NCBI RefSeq assembly: GCF_006345805.1
Contig: NC_043000.1
Span: 55,986,001 to 56,050,000, forward strand
Length of the DNA: 64,000 bases
Origin: Octopus sinensis
Lineage: Eukaryota
Direction of reading: 5' to 3'
Part shown: positions 12,335 through 25,195 of the stretch, piece after piece
Position numbering within the stretch: position 1 is the first letter of the stretch
Layout of the letters: every line of letters begins with the position of its first letter
Notes under the pieces: model-generated
Told to the model about the DNA's origin: nothing
The model's database searches: none
The model's input: only the letters and a program-made list of their open reading frames with translations
Made by a program: the position numbers and the translations under genes

Positions 12335-12598
12335 TGTGTTTTCTTCTGTGCAATAAATTAGATGTTTTAAAAAAAGAAATATCTGAAATAGGATGGAACT
12401 GACACGAGACAAAAATTAAAGGCGGCAGAGACAACAAAATAACGACACATTTAAACTATACACTCCGGTTTATTTAATGACAGAGGCAGTAAAGCAATAT
12501 TTCAGGCAACACTTCGCACATACAGAAATATACAGGATTATGTGTGTATGAGTATGTATATATGTATGTGTTATATATATATGTGTGCGTGTATACAG

Positions 12599-12629
<31 letters not shown>

Positions 12630-13179
12630 TGTATGTATGTATGTATGTATGTATGTATGTATACAAACATATATATATAAGTATATACAAATATATATAC
12701 ATATATATAATTCATTCAAATTTCAAATTTGAATGTACACCCCACGTGAATAACGTTTAAATGTCACTGAACAGTTCTAACTTACAATGTACCACCACTG
12801 ATCACTGTTGGATATAATTTTATTTTCATGTACATCTATGTTTTATGTACAACTTTGACATAAATTCACAAATAATATATTGTACTAAGGAGGTATACGA
12901 ATATCGAGACCTGTTTATTAGATAAGAAAAAAGAAACACTCAACAATTCTTAGTTTTAACCAGATTTCAAAATTCTTACTATACTTTACATTAAACAATG
13001 AAGAGTTAGTTTTAACAGTCATCCCCACCATACAAATAACCAGAAAGATTAAATTAATCTAGAGGTTGCAAGAACATTGTGCATGACATCAGAACGATAC
13101 AAATAATACCTTATCAACATACATTGCCTTATCAACATACATTCGTACATACGTACATACTCTCTCCTTGGTTCTCTCT

Positions 13180-13325
13180 TTGTTTTTTTCTGTGTCCCTT
13201 TCTGTAGAAGAGCGTAGGCTCGAAACGTAAAAGACTTTTTCAATTCCTGAGCGTTATACTAATACATCTGTTTGTTTTCTACACTACCTGTCTTCGTCTT
13301 TTATTTTTGTTTTTTCGTGTACTCT
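13180..13325 (+). mobile_element. Penelope-like pLTR fragment, family D, containing a variant HHR
   Basis: HHR-like motif at 13198-13233 followed by a T-rich 3' segment. Confidence 0.45.
13198..13233 (+). ncRNA. Minimal variant hammerhead motif (core CUGUAGA, loop-less stem III)
   Basis: CTTT-CTGTAGA-A-GAGCgtagGCTC-GAAA-CG-TA-AAAG. Confidence 0.55.
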
Positions 13326-13395
13326 TTACATACATGCATACATATATACATACACACACAAATACACACGTACACAAACACACACATACACATTA

Positions 13396-13595
13396 TTTTT
13401 TACTTGTTTCAGTCACTAGATCGCTGTCATGCTAGGGCGCCATATTGAATGGTTTCAATCAAACGAATCGAATCCAATACTTATTTTCTAAAACCTGGTA
13501 CTTACCTATCGGTCTCTTTTGTCTAACTGCTTCTTCACGGGTACGTTAACAAACCAGTACCGTAGTGGTGGTAAACACAAACGCAAAGACACACA
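13396..13595 (-). mobile_element. SINE S1-related old 3' fragment
   Basis: TTTTACTTGTTTCAGTCA...CATGCTAGGGCGCC...TATCGGTCTCTTTTG degenerate match. Confidence 0.7.
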
Positions 13596-14230
13596 TAGAT
13601 GTACATACATATATACGTACATACTTACGTACATGTTTGTGGGTAGGTGCGTGTGTGTGAGTGCGTGTGTGTGTGTGCGTGTGTGTGTGTGTGTGTGGCT
13701 GTGTGTGTGCGTGTGCGTGTGTGTCTGTTCGATTTATTCATACCCTTACAACAGGGCCATGCCATTTTTTAATATTTTGTGCATTCTCTATGCTTCTCTG
13801 ATGAAACTCTGTTGATACAGGCCTTGTTGAAATATCGTGGCAATGTATTAAGATGATGAATAAATCAAATTATATACTGTTGCTTTCAATGAATAATTTC
13901 TTACTTGTAAACTACTACAATCACCAAGTCAGAACTCTCTCTTTCTCTCTCTCTATGTATCTATCTTTCTCACTATATATCTATCTATCTCTCCTTCACT
14001 CTCCATGCATGCACGCATATACACTTACACTCACATACGGATGTATGCCTGTCAGTTGAAATAAAAAAAATAAGCAGTTTTCAAGATGCATTGACTGCAT
14101 TGAATCTTCTCTAGTTTGACAGTTGATCAACCTTTGTATACATTGTGATACACTCACTGACACATGAGTGCGTGCATATAGATGCATGTGCATGTATGCA
14201 TACAATTTGGAAGTATCTATGTGTTTGCAC

Positions 14231-14271
<41 letters not shown>

Positions 14272-14278
<7 letters not shown>

Positions 14279-14388
14279 ATCACGTGACCGACCAGACCAT
14301 CAGATGTTGTTACACATCGCTGGCCACAATGCGTTCGCATTGTTTTAGCCTTCGAATGACGCCACCCCGCTGGCTAAGCGAGCAGGCC
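14272..14388 (-). mobile_element. SINE S4 3' fragment
   Basis: CACGTGACCGACCAGACCATCAGATG...CCCCGCTGGCTAAGCGAGCAGGCC; family assignment from recall of the repeat rather than from another copy in this window. Confidence 0.5.
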
Positions 14389-14432
14389 ATATATATATAT
14401 TCAAATGACTGAAACAAGTAAAAGAGTAAGGA

Positions 14433-14487
<55 letters not shown>

Positions 14488-14490
<3 letters not shown>

Positions 14491-14717
14491 TCTTTACTCT
14501 TACTTGTTTCAGTTATTTGACTGCGGCCATGCTAGAGCACCGCCTTTAGTCGAACAAATCGACCCCAGGACTTATTCTTTGTAAGCTTAGTACTTATTCT
14601 ATAGGTCTCTTTTGCCGAACCGCTATGTTACGGGGACGTAAACACACCAGCATCGGTTGTCAAGCGATGTTGGAGGGACAAACACAGACTCACAAACACA
14701 CACACACACACACACAC

Positions 14718-14796
<79 letters not shown>

Positions 14797-14960
14797 CGAC
14801 AGGCTTCTTTCAGTTTCCGTCTACCAAATCCACTCACAAGGCTTTGGTCGGCCCGAGGCTATAGTAGAAGACACTAGCCCAAGGTGCCACGCAGTGGGAC
14901 TGAATTCGGAACCATGTGGTTGGTAAGCAAACTACTTACTACACAGCCACTCTTACGCCT
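14488..14960 (-). mobile_element. tRNA-derived SINE S1, full length
   Basis: High identity to copies at 8785, 25800 and 48482. Confidence 0.93.
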
Positions 14961-15019
14961 ATGTATGTATACATACGTACTCACATACATATGCATACAT
15001 ATCCATTTAACTGACTAGA

Positions 15020-15310
15020 ATCTCGTCGGTTACGAGGATGGAGTTTCCAGTTGATCCGTTCAACGGAACAGCCTGCTCGTCAAATCAGCATGCAAGTGGC
15101 TGAGCTCTCCACAGACATGCTTACCCTTCACGTAGTTCCCACGGTGATTCAGTGTGATACAGGCTGTGACAGGACTGGCCCTATGAAATACAGGTGTAAT
15201 TCATTTTTGCCAGCTGACAGGACTGGAGCAACGTGAAATAAAGTGTCTTGCTCAAGGACACAATGCGTCACTGGGAATCGAACTCACCACCTTACAATCA
15301 TAACCCAAAC
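15020..15310 (-). mobile_element. SINE with S3-type head/core and alternative tail
   Basis: CTGGAGCAACGTGAAATAAAGTGTCTTGCTCAAG core; tail homologous to 52240-52430. Confidence 0.8.
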
Positions 15311-15478
15311 ATCCTATATATGTATATGTGTATATATTTGAATATATATATATATATAATGTATATATATATGCGTGTGTGTATGTATATGTATGTATGC
15401 GTGTATGTATGTACATATATGTATATATGTATATCTCTGTGAGTGTGTGTTTGTATATATGTATATCTATATGTGTGT

Positions 15479-15624
15479 GTGCGTGCGTGTGTGTGTGCGC
15501 GTGCGTGTGTGTGTGCGCGTGCGTGTGTGTGTGCGCGTGCGTGTGTGTGTGCGCGTGCGTGTGTGTGTGCGCGTGCGTGTGTGTGTGCGCGTGCGTGTGT
15601 GTGTGCGCGTGCGTGTGTGTGTGT
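15479..15624. repeat. 18-bp compound minisatellite (GCGTGCGTGTGTGTGTGC)n, about 8 units
   Basis: Direct reading. Confidence 0.9.
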
Positions 15625-16083
15625 GATTTTAAAATAAAAAACCACAAATCTTTTAAATACAGCTGCCCTGATTATAATTTATTCCGCCATTTATCAAGCT
15701 GAAAACGAGACCGTCGTTTGTCAGTTGTCTTTTGAGCAGCTAACTCTTAAACAAGAGATACTTGTTTAAACGTTAAAAGATGACAAGAAGGGAAACACGA
15801 GGAACATAACCAACGTTACAATAATTCGATATCTAGCAGACGTAAACCAGATGTTAATGGCTTACTAAATATCTGGTGGTCTAATTTTAAATTCCGACCA
15901 GGTGCATTTACTGAAATTTTCATTCCTCGAATTTATATACAGTAGCGTGCAAAAGTCTTCGGCCACTTTAAACTATCTTAAATTTCTATTAATTGCCAAC
16001 TTATAAGTGGATGTTTTGCATTGCGTTTTTTACAGATACAAGCATTGGCTTTGTTGGAGTCATTTCCATACATAATCATTATA

Positions 16084-17177
16084 TCAGGTCATCCCATAAG
16101 TTCTGTTCGAATTTTGAATAAAGAAAGCAAGTGATCAAATGTTAAAATTAATTGAAATTTAATCATCAATTCAATATACTTTCCCTGATTATCGATGACT
16201 TCCTTCCATCTATTTACAAGCGAAGAACTCTGGCTCCACTTGGCTTGCGAAAGTTATGTACCCCAAATTATTCTGTAAACTACGAAACAAATGGTGGTCT
16301 GAAGGAGTAAGGTCGGGAAAATAAGGTGGATGAGGAATTTTTTCCCAACCAAGCTCTTCGATCTACAGTGATGTGATCTTTGTAGTGTGGGGTCGCGCAT
16401 TGTCCTGATGAAACATCACTCGTTTTCGATTCACTAAAGTAGATTTTTTTTCTTCAGAGCTTGGTTCAAACGCTCTAATTGCTGACAGTAGACTTGAGCA
16501 CTGATTGTTGCATTAGCTGGTAACAATTCAAGGTGAATTACACCTTTGCAATCCACCAGATAGAGAGAAGATCCATTTTTTCGTCACCAGTCACAAGTCT
16601 ATCCAAAAAGGGTGAAATGAGTTCACGAGAATGGAGAGAAGAGCAGATGTCAACTCTGGATTTGCGGTTGCTTTCGGACAATTCATGCGGCACCAATCTT
16701 CCAAGTTGTTGAAGATGACGATGAACAGTTGTATGGTTTGAAGTAAGCTTTATTGACAATTCTTCAACTGATAACGCAGGATTTTCTTCAAGTAATGCCT
16801 CAAGGAGCTTATCATCAAACTCAACTGGACGTCCTGTTCTATCTTTATCTTCAAGGCTGAAATCTCCACTTCTGAATATTGCAAACCATCTTCTGCGAGT
16901 TCTTTCATTCAAGCATTCTTTCCCATAAACTGAGTGTGTGTTTCAAGTCGCTTCGGCTTTTTTGTACTCATAAAGCATTATGTGCCTTAAATGCTCTTTG
17001 GATAGTTCCAAGTTAGAAGTTTTAATACTGTTATTCTGTAAAACAATATTTAATTAGTTTAAATGTACACAAATGCATAAAAATAATTTTTAATTCCATT
17101 AGACATTCTAAAATACTACTAAATTTCATTCAATTTTAAAAATGGTAAAATCGGACAGAACTTATAGGATGACCTGA
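16084..17177 (-). mobile_element. Mariner transposon remnant with TIRs and TA target sites
   Basis: TIRs TCAGGTCATCCCATAAGTTCTGTTCGA / TCGGACAGAACTTATAGGATGACCTGA flanked by TA. ORF 16538-16912: RRWFAIFRSGDFSLEDKDRTGRP...LVPHELS...LVTGDEK. Frameshifted and deleted. Confidence 0.95.
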
Positions 17178-17234
17178 TATTTTGTAGGAGAAGTTCTGAA
17201 TGAGAGAGGAAGCTGCCAGACGACTACCGAAAAT

Positions 17235-18512
17235 GGCCGTGCAAAGGTTTTTGGCCACCTCACATTAACCATTCAAGATACAGTGTTTTAAAACAGGAGA
17301 ATATCTATATTGCAAATTTATTACATAATGTTCATTTCAAGAAGTTTCCCTTAGCTTGAATAATTGTTTGAGTGTGCCTGGGAAGAGATGCGTACAAATA
17401 TTTCACTAACTTCACAGGTATAAGATGCCATTCCCTGTAGCTGAACTCCCACAACTCTTCAAGATTGCGTGGATTCTTCTGACAAATTCTTCTCTTTAGT
17501 TCTGTGCACATTTACTCGATGATATCTAAATCAGAGCTCTGGGCTGGTCAATCTTTGAATACGGTAACACCTTCATCAGCCAGTCTGTGTTGTATTGTAC
17601 GCGATCTGTGGAATGGAACTCCGTCGTGCTAAAAAATCTCACCTTCATCCAAGTCTGGTATCAAATTGCCCTTCAGTAACTGGATGTATTTGTCACTGTT
17701 GAGTCAATTTTAATCCAATTTTGATTAACTTCCTTGAACCATCACTTTTTATGTATCCCCAAAACATCAGACTTCACTGTTTTCGTTGTATAATGTGTGT
17801 GGTTTCGCATTCCAGGAGACCTACTGACAAATTCTCACTTATTAGGAACGACGATAATTGCTTCAATGCTCCTGGGAAGAGATGCGTACAAATCTTTCAC
17901 CATCTTCACAAGTTTGAGATGCCATTTTCTGTGGCTGAGCTCCCACAACTCTTCGAAATTGCAACGAAAACAGTGAAATTTGAGGGTAAGAGTCTGATGC
18001 TTTGGGGATACATAAAAAGTGATGGTTCAAGAAAATTGATTAAAATTTCCAAATACATCCAGTTGCTGAAGGACAATTTCATACCAGACTTGGATGAAGA
18101 TGAGAGTTTTCAGCATGATGGAGTTCCATGCTATAGATCGCATGCAACACAACAGAGTCTGACAGATGAAGACGTTACCACATTGAAAGATTGCCAGCTC
18201 GGAGTCCTAGCTTAAATACCATCGAGCAAATGTGGACACAACTAAAGAGACGAGTTCGTCAGAAGATTCCACGGAATCTCGAAGAGTTGTGGGATCTCAG
18301 CTACAGAGAATGACATCTCATATTTGTGAAGATGTTCAAGGATTTGTACGCATCTCTTCACAGGTGCATTGAAGCAATTATCCAAGCTAAGGGATGCCGC
18401 ATGAAATATTAACATTGTACAGTAATTTCATGAAATGAACATTATGTAATAAATTTTCATTATAGATATTTTTCTGTTTTAAAACGCTATATCTTGAATG
18501 GATGATGTGAGT
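17235..18512. mobile_element. Palindromic Tc1-family derivative (transposase 3' half on both strands)
   Basis: 17252-17788 is an inverted copy of 17962-18512. Plus arm encodes KTVKFEGKSLMLWG...FQHDGVPCY...PARSPSLNTIEQMW (Tc1 catalytic region). Confidence 0.85.
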
Positions 18513-18607
18513 GTATGTGTGTGTGTGTGTATGTATGTATGTAGGTATGTATGCAGACAGACAGACAGACAGACAGACAGAAAGACGGATGGATGGCTGG
18601 ATGGATG

Positions 18608-18654
<47 letters not shown>

Positions 18655-18663
18655 TAGATTAGA

Positions 18664-19485
18664 TTGTCGGATATATTCTTTCGTTTCTTTCTTGGCTTAA
18701 CACGAAAAATATTTTCATCCTAGTGTTTTATTGATTTTGCACCTCTATTTTCCTCGACAACATTTATTTCTTGCTTTTGAAATTTGAATAAATTTTTACC
18801 TCCTTTCAGACATATGTGAACTGAGTGTCAAGTAGAAAAATTAGTGTTTGCGACACCTGCTTTTTTTTTTTTTTTCTCTTTCAGTCAACGCTCCAAAATT
18901 ACCAATTCCGCTTGAGGCATTTGTGCTGCGTACGAAGGTGTTATTACTGGAACAACTGCATTGCAATGTTTTTTTTTTGCGCTTCAAAGTGGAGATATTC
19001 GACCTCACAGACTCTTCACATTTCTACCAATCCACGCCAATCTACAAGGGATTTGGCGCATCTGATAGAATACTCACATGAACATAAACGATGCCCGTTG
19101 CCTTCACTCCTTGGAAAGGCTAATATCTGAAGGACCCGACTGGCTACACGGTGTGCTTTACCCACACGACAATGATCCAATGCCGCTAATTCTACCAAAA
19201 ATACCATCCAAGTTCTCGGTTGGGAAGTACTCCTGTACCCTCTGTAGTTTTCTGATATAGCAACTTATGGTTATTACTTTTTCGGTTGATCTGCGATGAG
19301 TTTGCGCAACAACGAAGTGGACTTGTAAGCCTGGCTTGATGAATTCTTCGTGTCAAGACTTTGACAGGTTGGCGGAACATTATCAAGAAGCCCCTGAACA
19401 ATGAAGAATATATTATAGACTGGTTTGTTAAAATTACTAATAAAAAAAATAAGGATTAGAATAAACGATCGAATGCATCTGACAA
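18664..19485 (+). mobile_element. Highly decayed mariner remnant
   Basis: Imperfect TIRs TTGTCGGATATATTC / GAATGCATCTGACAA; peptide traces RFK(S)GDFDLTDSS, NPRQSTRDLA, WEVLLYP, AWLDEFFVSR. Confidence 0.7.
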
Positions 19486-20297
19486 TTCAATATTCTTTTA
19501 TTCTTTTATATGTTTCAGTCCAATGACTGTGGCCATGCTATAATTATTTTTTGAAATAGTGAAACTCGAAGCAGTTAAAGCTATAAATAATAAGTAAATA
19601 TCGGGTTAAAAACTCCCTTTTGGTGGAAAGAGATCGAAGGTCGCCTTTGGGACACAAACTTACATATTCTGTAAATAGTACATATGTGCTACCACAGTAC
19701 AAAAGAAATCCTTCGAAGTTCTCACTTCAATATAGAAACTTTATTTTCACCAGCAAGAATTGTATGACATCATAAGAATTAAGAAACTTTTAGAGAACGG
19801 TGTAACTCGAAGATAAAACCATAAATACAAATGTGTATTTACTGTAAACAAAGCATACGTTCCACCACTGGACCAAAGTTCTTTTTTTTCAACCCAATAT
19901 TTCTAATCTAATATTTATAGCTTGATCTGCTTCGAGAATGACCGTTCCCCAAAATAATTACTTCACGTCCTCTCGAAGTTTCTAATTTCTTGTGACATCA
20001 TTGATATATTTATATATAAACCCACATCGAGGCAAGAAACGCAGTTGAGTGTAGCAATATCAAACTCCTCATTCACCAAATCCCACTTATCAGAGGAGGT
20101 TTAGTGAAAAAGTACCAAAGTTTACGGCGGTGCCCCAGCATGGCCGCAGCCCACGAGCTGAAACTAGTGAAATCTATTTGTATATAAGAGTGTGAGTGTG
20201 TGTGTGCGTGTGTGTGTGTTTGTGTGTTTGTGTGTGTGTGTGTGTGTGGTGTGTGTGTGTGTGTGTGTGCGTGTGCGTGTGTGTGTGTGTGTGTGTT

Positions 20298-20328
<31 letters not shown>

Positions 20329-20364
20329 TTGTGTGCGTGTGTTTGTGTGTTAAATAAGAGGATG

Positions 20365-20640
20365 CATGGACTAGCGCCACTCGCGATCGCAAGATCGTGG
20401 CTTCAACTCTAGGACTGGAAGATGCATTGTGTTCATAAGCAAAATACTTCATCTCATGCTCATCTGCAATTCCTTCGCCACCTGACGTGCGGTACACCGT
20501 GCACCTGTTCAGGAAACGTCAATCCGATGGAGGAAGTGAGCTAATGTACAGCACATACATTTATTTTATAACTATAGACAAGTCACTTACGCAGATCGTT
20601 CAGCAAAAGCAACACACGCATACGTCGTCTTCGGCAGGAG
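20365..20640 (+). mobile_element. Old SINE with S3-like head
   Basis: GATCGCAAGATCGTGGCTTCAACTCTAGGAC...GCATTGTGTTCATAAGCAAAATACTTCAT. Confidence 0.5.
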
Positions 20641-21061
20641 ACTCCACACACACACACACACACACCACACACATGCACACACACATACACACACACACAT
20701 ACACACACAAGCTGACCCATTTCTTATAGAGCTGGAATCAATCAAGGAGGGATAAGACTGTCTCTTTCAGAATGGGTTGTTGGTTTTTCTTTGCATTTTT
20801 TTTTGGGGGGGGGTTGTATTTATTCACCATCAAACTGACCAAGACTATATATTTACTTTCTTTAGTAAAAAGGCTTCGTGCTTCCGGCCTGCAGGTCTGA
20901 TGAGTCACCTATAATGTTAAAAATAATGATAGATGTGAAACCAAAGGTGACTTTCTGAATACATGTCATAACCAAGGATATACTGCTCGACTGCATAGAC
21001 TAAAACTGTTCTACATTTCTTTTGAGGTGTCCTTTTTTTCTGACTTCTGGACAACTGACCG

Positions 21062-21099
<38 letters not shown>

Positions 21100-21500
21100 T
21101 CAAGGCAGATATGCGCTGGAACGTAGAAATACTCGGGTTGGTGTCTGAGGGTGCAGTAAGCCTACTGGGAATGTGGAGACACTGCGTTTTTGCCATTGAA
21201 TCTCTCTACTTCAGGGTTAACTCGTATATAAAACACACTGCTATACCAAGCCGGATATCTTACACTTTGCTTGTCTCTAGGCTCCTTTGTATAGCTAGTG
21301 AGAATCGTTGTGGTGTTGTGCAAGCCGCACTCGACTTAAAATACTTGCAAGGGAATATCTTACTCAATGCTTAACATCTTGTGTTCTTAACTTTTGAAGT
21401 TCAGTGGAGCAGTTTTAGCGGCAAACACGCTAAGTCTCTCGAAGGCTTCATGAATCACTGTCAATCTCACATTCATATGAACTATCAGTTATAAATCACT
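21100..21500 (+). pseudogene. Possible RTE-type LINE RT C-terminal remnant
   Basis: GKHAKSLEGFMNHCQSHI resembles the HxxxLExFHxRCLRxI motif; otherwise decayed. Confidence 0.35.
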
Positions 21501-21599
21501 CTGTCAGTGGTGGTCATGCTCGCCTAAGGAATATGCAGCAATCATATGTAAGCAAGTACGTACTATGTATGTATGTATGCATGAGTGTCATTGCTGAGA

Positions 21600-21940
21600 G
21601 AGAGAGACCCCCTTCGGATATGACTAACCATGGGATTGCATCTAGACAGTTACCCACCCAGGCACAAGTCCGGGCAAAGTTGTTTATGGAAGACCAGCAG
21701 TAACCCATGCAAACCAGCCTCCCCTCTCCACGCCACCGATGTTATTCAAAGGAAAAGCAAAAGCCGATACAGCTTGGCACCTGTGATGGCGCAACTCATT
21801 TCTACAGCTCAGTGGACTGGAGCAACGTGAAATAAAGTGTCTTGCTCAAGAACACAACCCGCAACCCGGTCCGGGATTCGAACTCACAACCTCACGATCG
21901 TAAGCTCGACGCTCTAACCACTTAATCATGCGCTTTCACA
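21600..21940 (-). mobile_element. SINE with S3-type core and third tail type
   Basis: B box GAGTTCGAATCCCG; core GGAGCAACGTGAAATAAAGTGTCTTGCTCAAGAACACAAC. Confidence 0.8.
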
Positions 21941-22170
21941 ACGAGTGTCATTATTCAGTTTATTTCAAAGTCTCTTGTCAATAGAGAAAGAGTCCGTTTC
22001 AAACATAGATTCAAGATTCCTTCAGTGGAATTTCAATATCAGCAGAGTATTTTTGCATGCATGTGTATATATTTGCAGTACTTAGAGTTTGTGCATGTGC
22101 TAATATGTATGGTTTATTTATTTATACATTCTCATGCATATAGCTGCATGTCTAGACATGCGCATACATA

Positions 22171-22422
22171 TTAAATGACAAACTTCGAGAAAGTTTTATG
22201 TTTTACAGTGCCAGTGATGACTTGGATCTGTAGTCTTCGAATCAGCTTTCTCCTTTCTGATTTTGAGAAGCCTAATTTCTCAAGATTGGTACTCAGGCAC
22301 TGTGTTACACATCCCAGTGTCCCAATAATTAAAGGTATAAACCTGACCTTGTAATCTGAGTAGAGTAACTGCAGATTTCTCAATAGTTTAGTATATTTTC
22401 TTTTACACTGATCTTTAGTTTG
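22171..22422 (-). pseudogene. RLE-type (R4/Dong-like) LINE C-terminal fragment
   Basis: KRKYTKLLRNLQLLYSDYKVRFIPLIIGTLGCV...LQIQVITGTVK matches the K..KY..L / PxxIGxLG end of restriction-like endonuclease ORFs. Confidence 0.75.
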
Positions 22423-22455
<33 letters not shown>

Positions 22456-22802
22456 TGTATGTATGTATGTATGTATGTATGTATGCAATGTTTGCAGTCG
22501 TGTATGCTTGTCAAGAGCAGGGCTCATTAGCCACCAACGGAGCCGTAAATGCAAAATATAACTTAGTCCTAGAGCGCACAATGTTCCTGAAGGTCGGCAA
22601 TGGTCTTCCTCGGTCACGAGTGGACGGCCATCATGTATGTATGTATGTATGTATGTATGTATGTATGTATGTATGTATGTATGTATGTATGTACTAACGC
22701 TAATTTTATCTAAAAGATAACCTATTCAGCACTGATATTAGATTTTCTTCTATATCACAAGGCCATTAATTAATGTGGTTCAACTAATTGCGTTTATCTA
22801 CA

Positions 22803-22855
<53 letters not shown>

Positions 22856-23410
22856 AACGTGAGTTTGGATTCGGAAAAAATCCCGGTGTATACCGTACGA
22901 GGCACTAACTACGAACACCTGACAATCTACTCTTTAAGATTGATATTTAAACAATTCCACCGTCCCAGGTGCTCTAGATACGTATTGCTAGCATGACCAG
23001 CGTGTCTCAGCATCCTGCGAAAAATAGGTCTTTAGCATTGCTTATATATGGAGGAACGAGGGAAATATATACGAATAAATACAATAACAGTAATGATACA
23101 AAAGGCAATAATACAACTTTGGACAGTAATAAAATATCAACGACAGTGATAAAAACTATAGCAGTGACGATATTAGAAATACTATTTGCGATAACAGTAT
23201 CAACAAAGAGACCACTAACACAGACACGAACAATCACATACACACACACGCACACACACACATACACTAATAGACACACATACAAACACACACAACACAC
23301 ACATACACATTGACGCATGAATAAATTCATAAACGTGTTATTATATATATATATATGTGTGTATGTGTGTGTGTGCGTGTGTGTATATATATATATATAG
23401 AGAGAGAGAG

Positions 23411-23447
<37 letters not shown>

Positions 23448-23551
23448 CACATATATACACATATATAGACATGTATATGCTTATGTGTATACATACATAT
23501 ATATGTGTGTGTGTGTGTGAATATACATAAATATATGTGTGTATATATATA

Positions 23552-23601
<50 letters not shown>

Positions 23602-23982
23602 TATACACACATATATAGACATGTATATGCTTATGTGTATACATACATATATATGTGTGTGTGTGTGAATATACATAAATATATGTGTGTATATATATGT
23701 ATATATATAAATATTTGGGTATCTGTGTTTATATATATATATATACACACACATACATGCATACATACAAACACACATACATACATACATACATACATAC
23801 ATACATACATACACACATACATACATACACTCATACGTACATATATTTAATGTAGTTGTTTATAGCCCGTCAGGGAGTTGCCATTGGCTTCGCACCTATA
23901 ATGCTCTTGGCGATATAGTGTAAGTGGGGTATACATACATACTTATATACATGCGAATATGTATGTATATCTATATATATAC

Positions 23983-24049
<67 letters not shown>

Positions 24050-24927
24050 TATGCATGTGTGCATACATGCGTATTCTTGCGTTCGTGTGCGCGCATGTTT
24101 ATTTATGTAGGAACTTGCCTAGTTATACATTAATTTATGTATGCATTATTTTGTGTGTTAGTGTTTTCCATAAAAGAGAAATACAATCCAAAACATCTAT
24201 AATTTATTCATTTGGAAAGTGAGAAGACAGAAATAAAAGGAATCACGTTTCCTAAAACAAAGAACTAAAAGGAAAAAAATTCACTTCACTGAAGAAAAGA
24301 AGAAATAACTTTATATTCTTTCTATCGCATATTTATATTCGTCAGGCTGATGCAGCTCAACTTGAAAATCTAATTTATATCAAGGAGTTTTAGGGCCTGG
24401 TGAGAGGTTTGTTGCTGTTCTATGCTTTATATGTATATTTATATATTTGCACTGTTAAAATTGTTTATACATAGATACATACATTCATGCATGCCTATAT
24501 ATATATATATATATGAATATGAATATCATAAAAATAAATGAGAATCATTGCTAGATAGGTTTGGCATAAGTAAGTACAATGAAGGTCAAAGTAATGTTCT
24601 CATAAAAAGTTCATTGGGTCACTTTCCTTCTCCTCCGCAGTTACGTGCCATCTTCTATCAACTACACTGTTGAATGTGTGTGTGTGTGTGTGTACATACA
24701 TACATACATACATACATACATACATACATACATACATACATACATACATACATACATACATACATACATACATACATACATGCATACGTATATTGCAGCT
24801 GTCAACTAGAAGCCATGTATGACCATTATTGACAAACTCAGATGTTGAAGATGTTAAAGACAATAGCTGCCGACAATGCACGTACTGAAAATTAAAGTCA
24901 ATAACAGCTTCCTAAGACTCTCACCTC

Positions 24928-25195
24928 TGGAGGTGCGTGGCTTAGTTGTTAGGGTGTCAGCACTATGATCGTAAGATTGTGGTTTCGATTCCTGGACCGG
25001 GCGACGCGTTGTGTTCTTGAGCAAAACACTTCATTTCACGTTGCTCCAGTCCACTCAGCTGGCCAAAATGAGTAACGCTGCGATGGACTGGCGTACCGTC
25101 CAACTGGGGAACACATACGCCATAGAAACCGGGAAACCGGGCCCATGAGCCTGGCTAGGCTTTAAAAGCCCCCCCCCCAAAAAAAAAATAAAAAG
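24928..25195 (+). mobile_element. tRNA-derived SINE S3, full length with 12-bp TSD
   Basis: TSD AGACTCTCACCT at 24915-24926 and 25196-25207; A/B boxes; A-rich tail. Confidence 0.93.

Noticed and set aside
23461-23700. ~90-bp direct duplication among microsatellites
   Set aside because: Ordinary slippage or unequal exchange in SSR-rich DNA.
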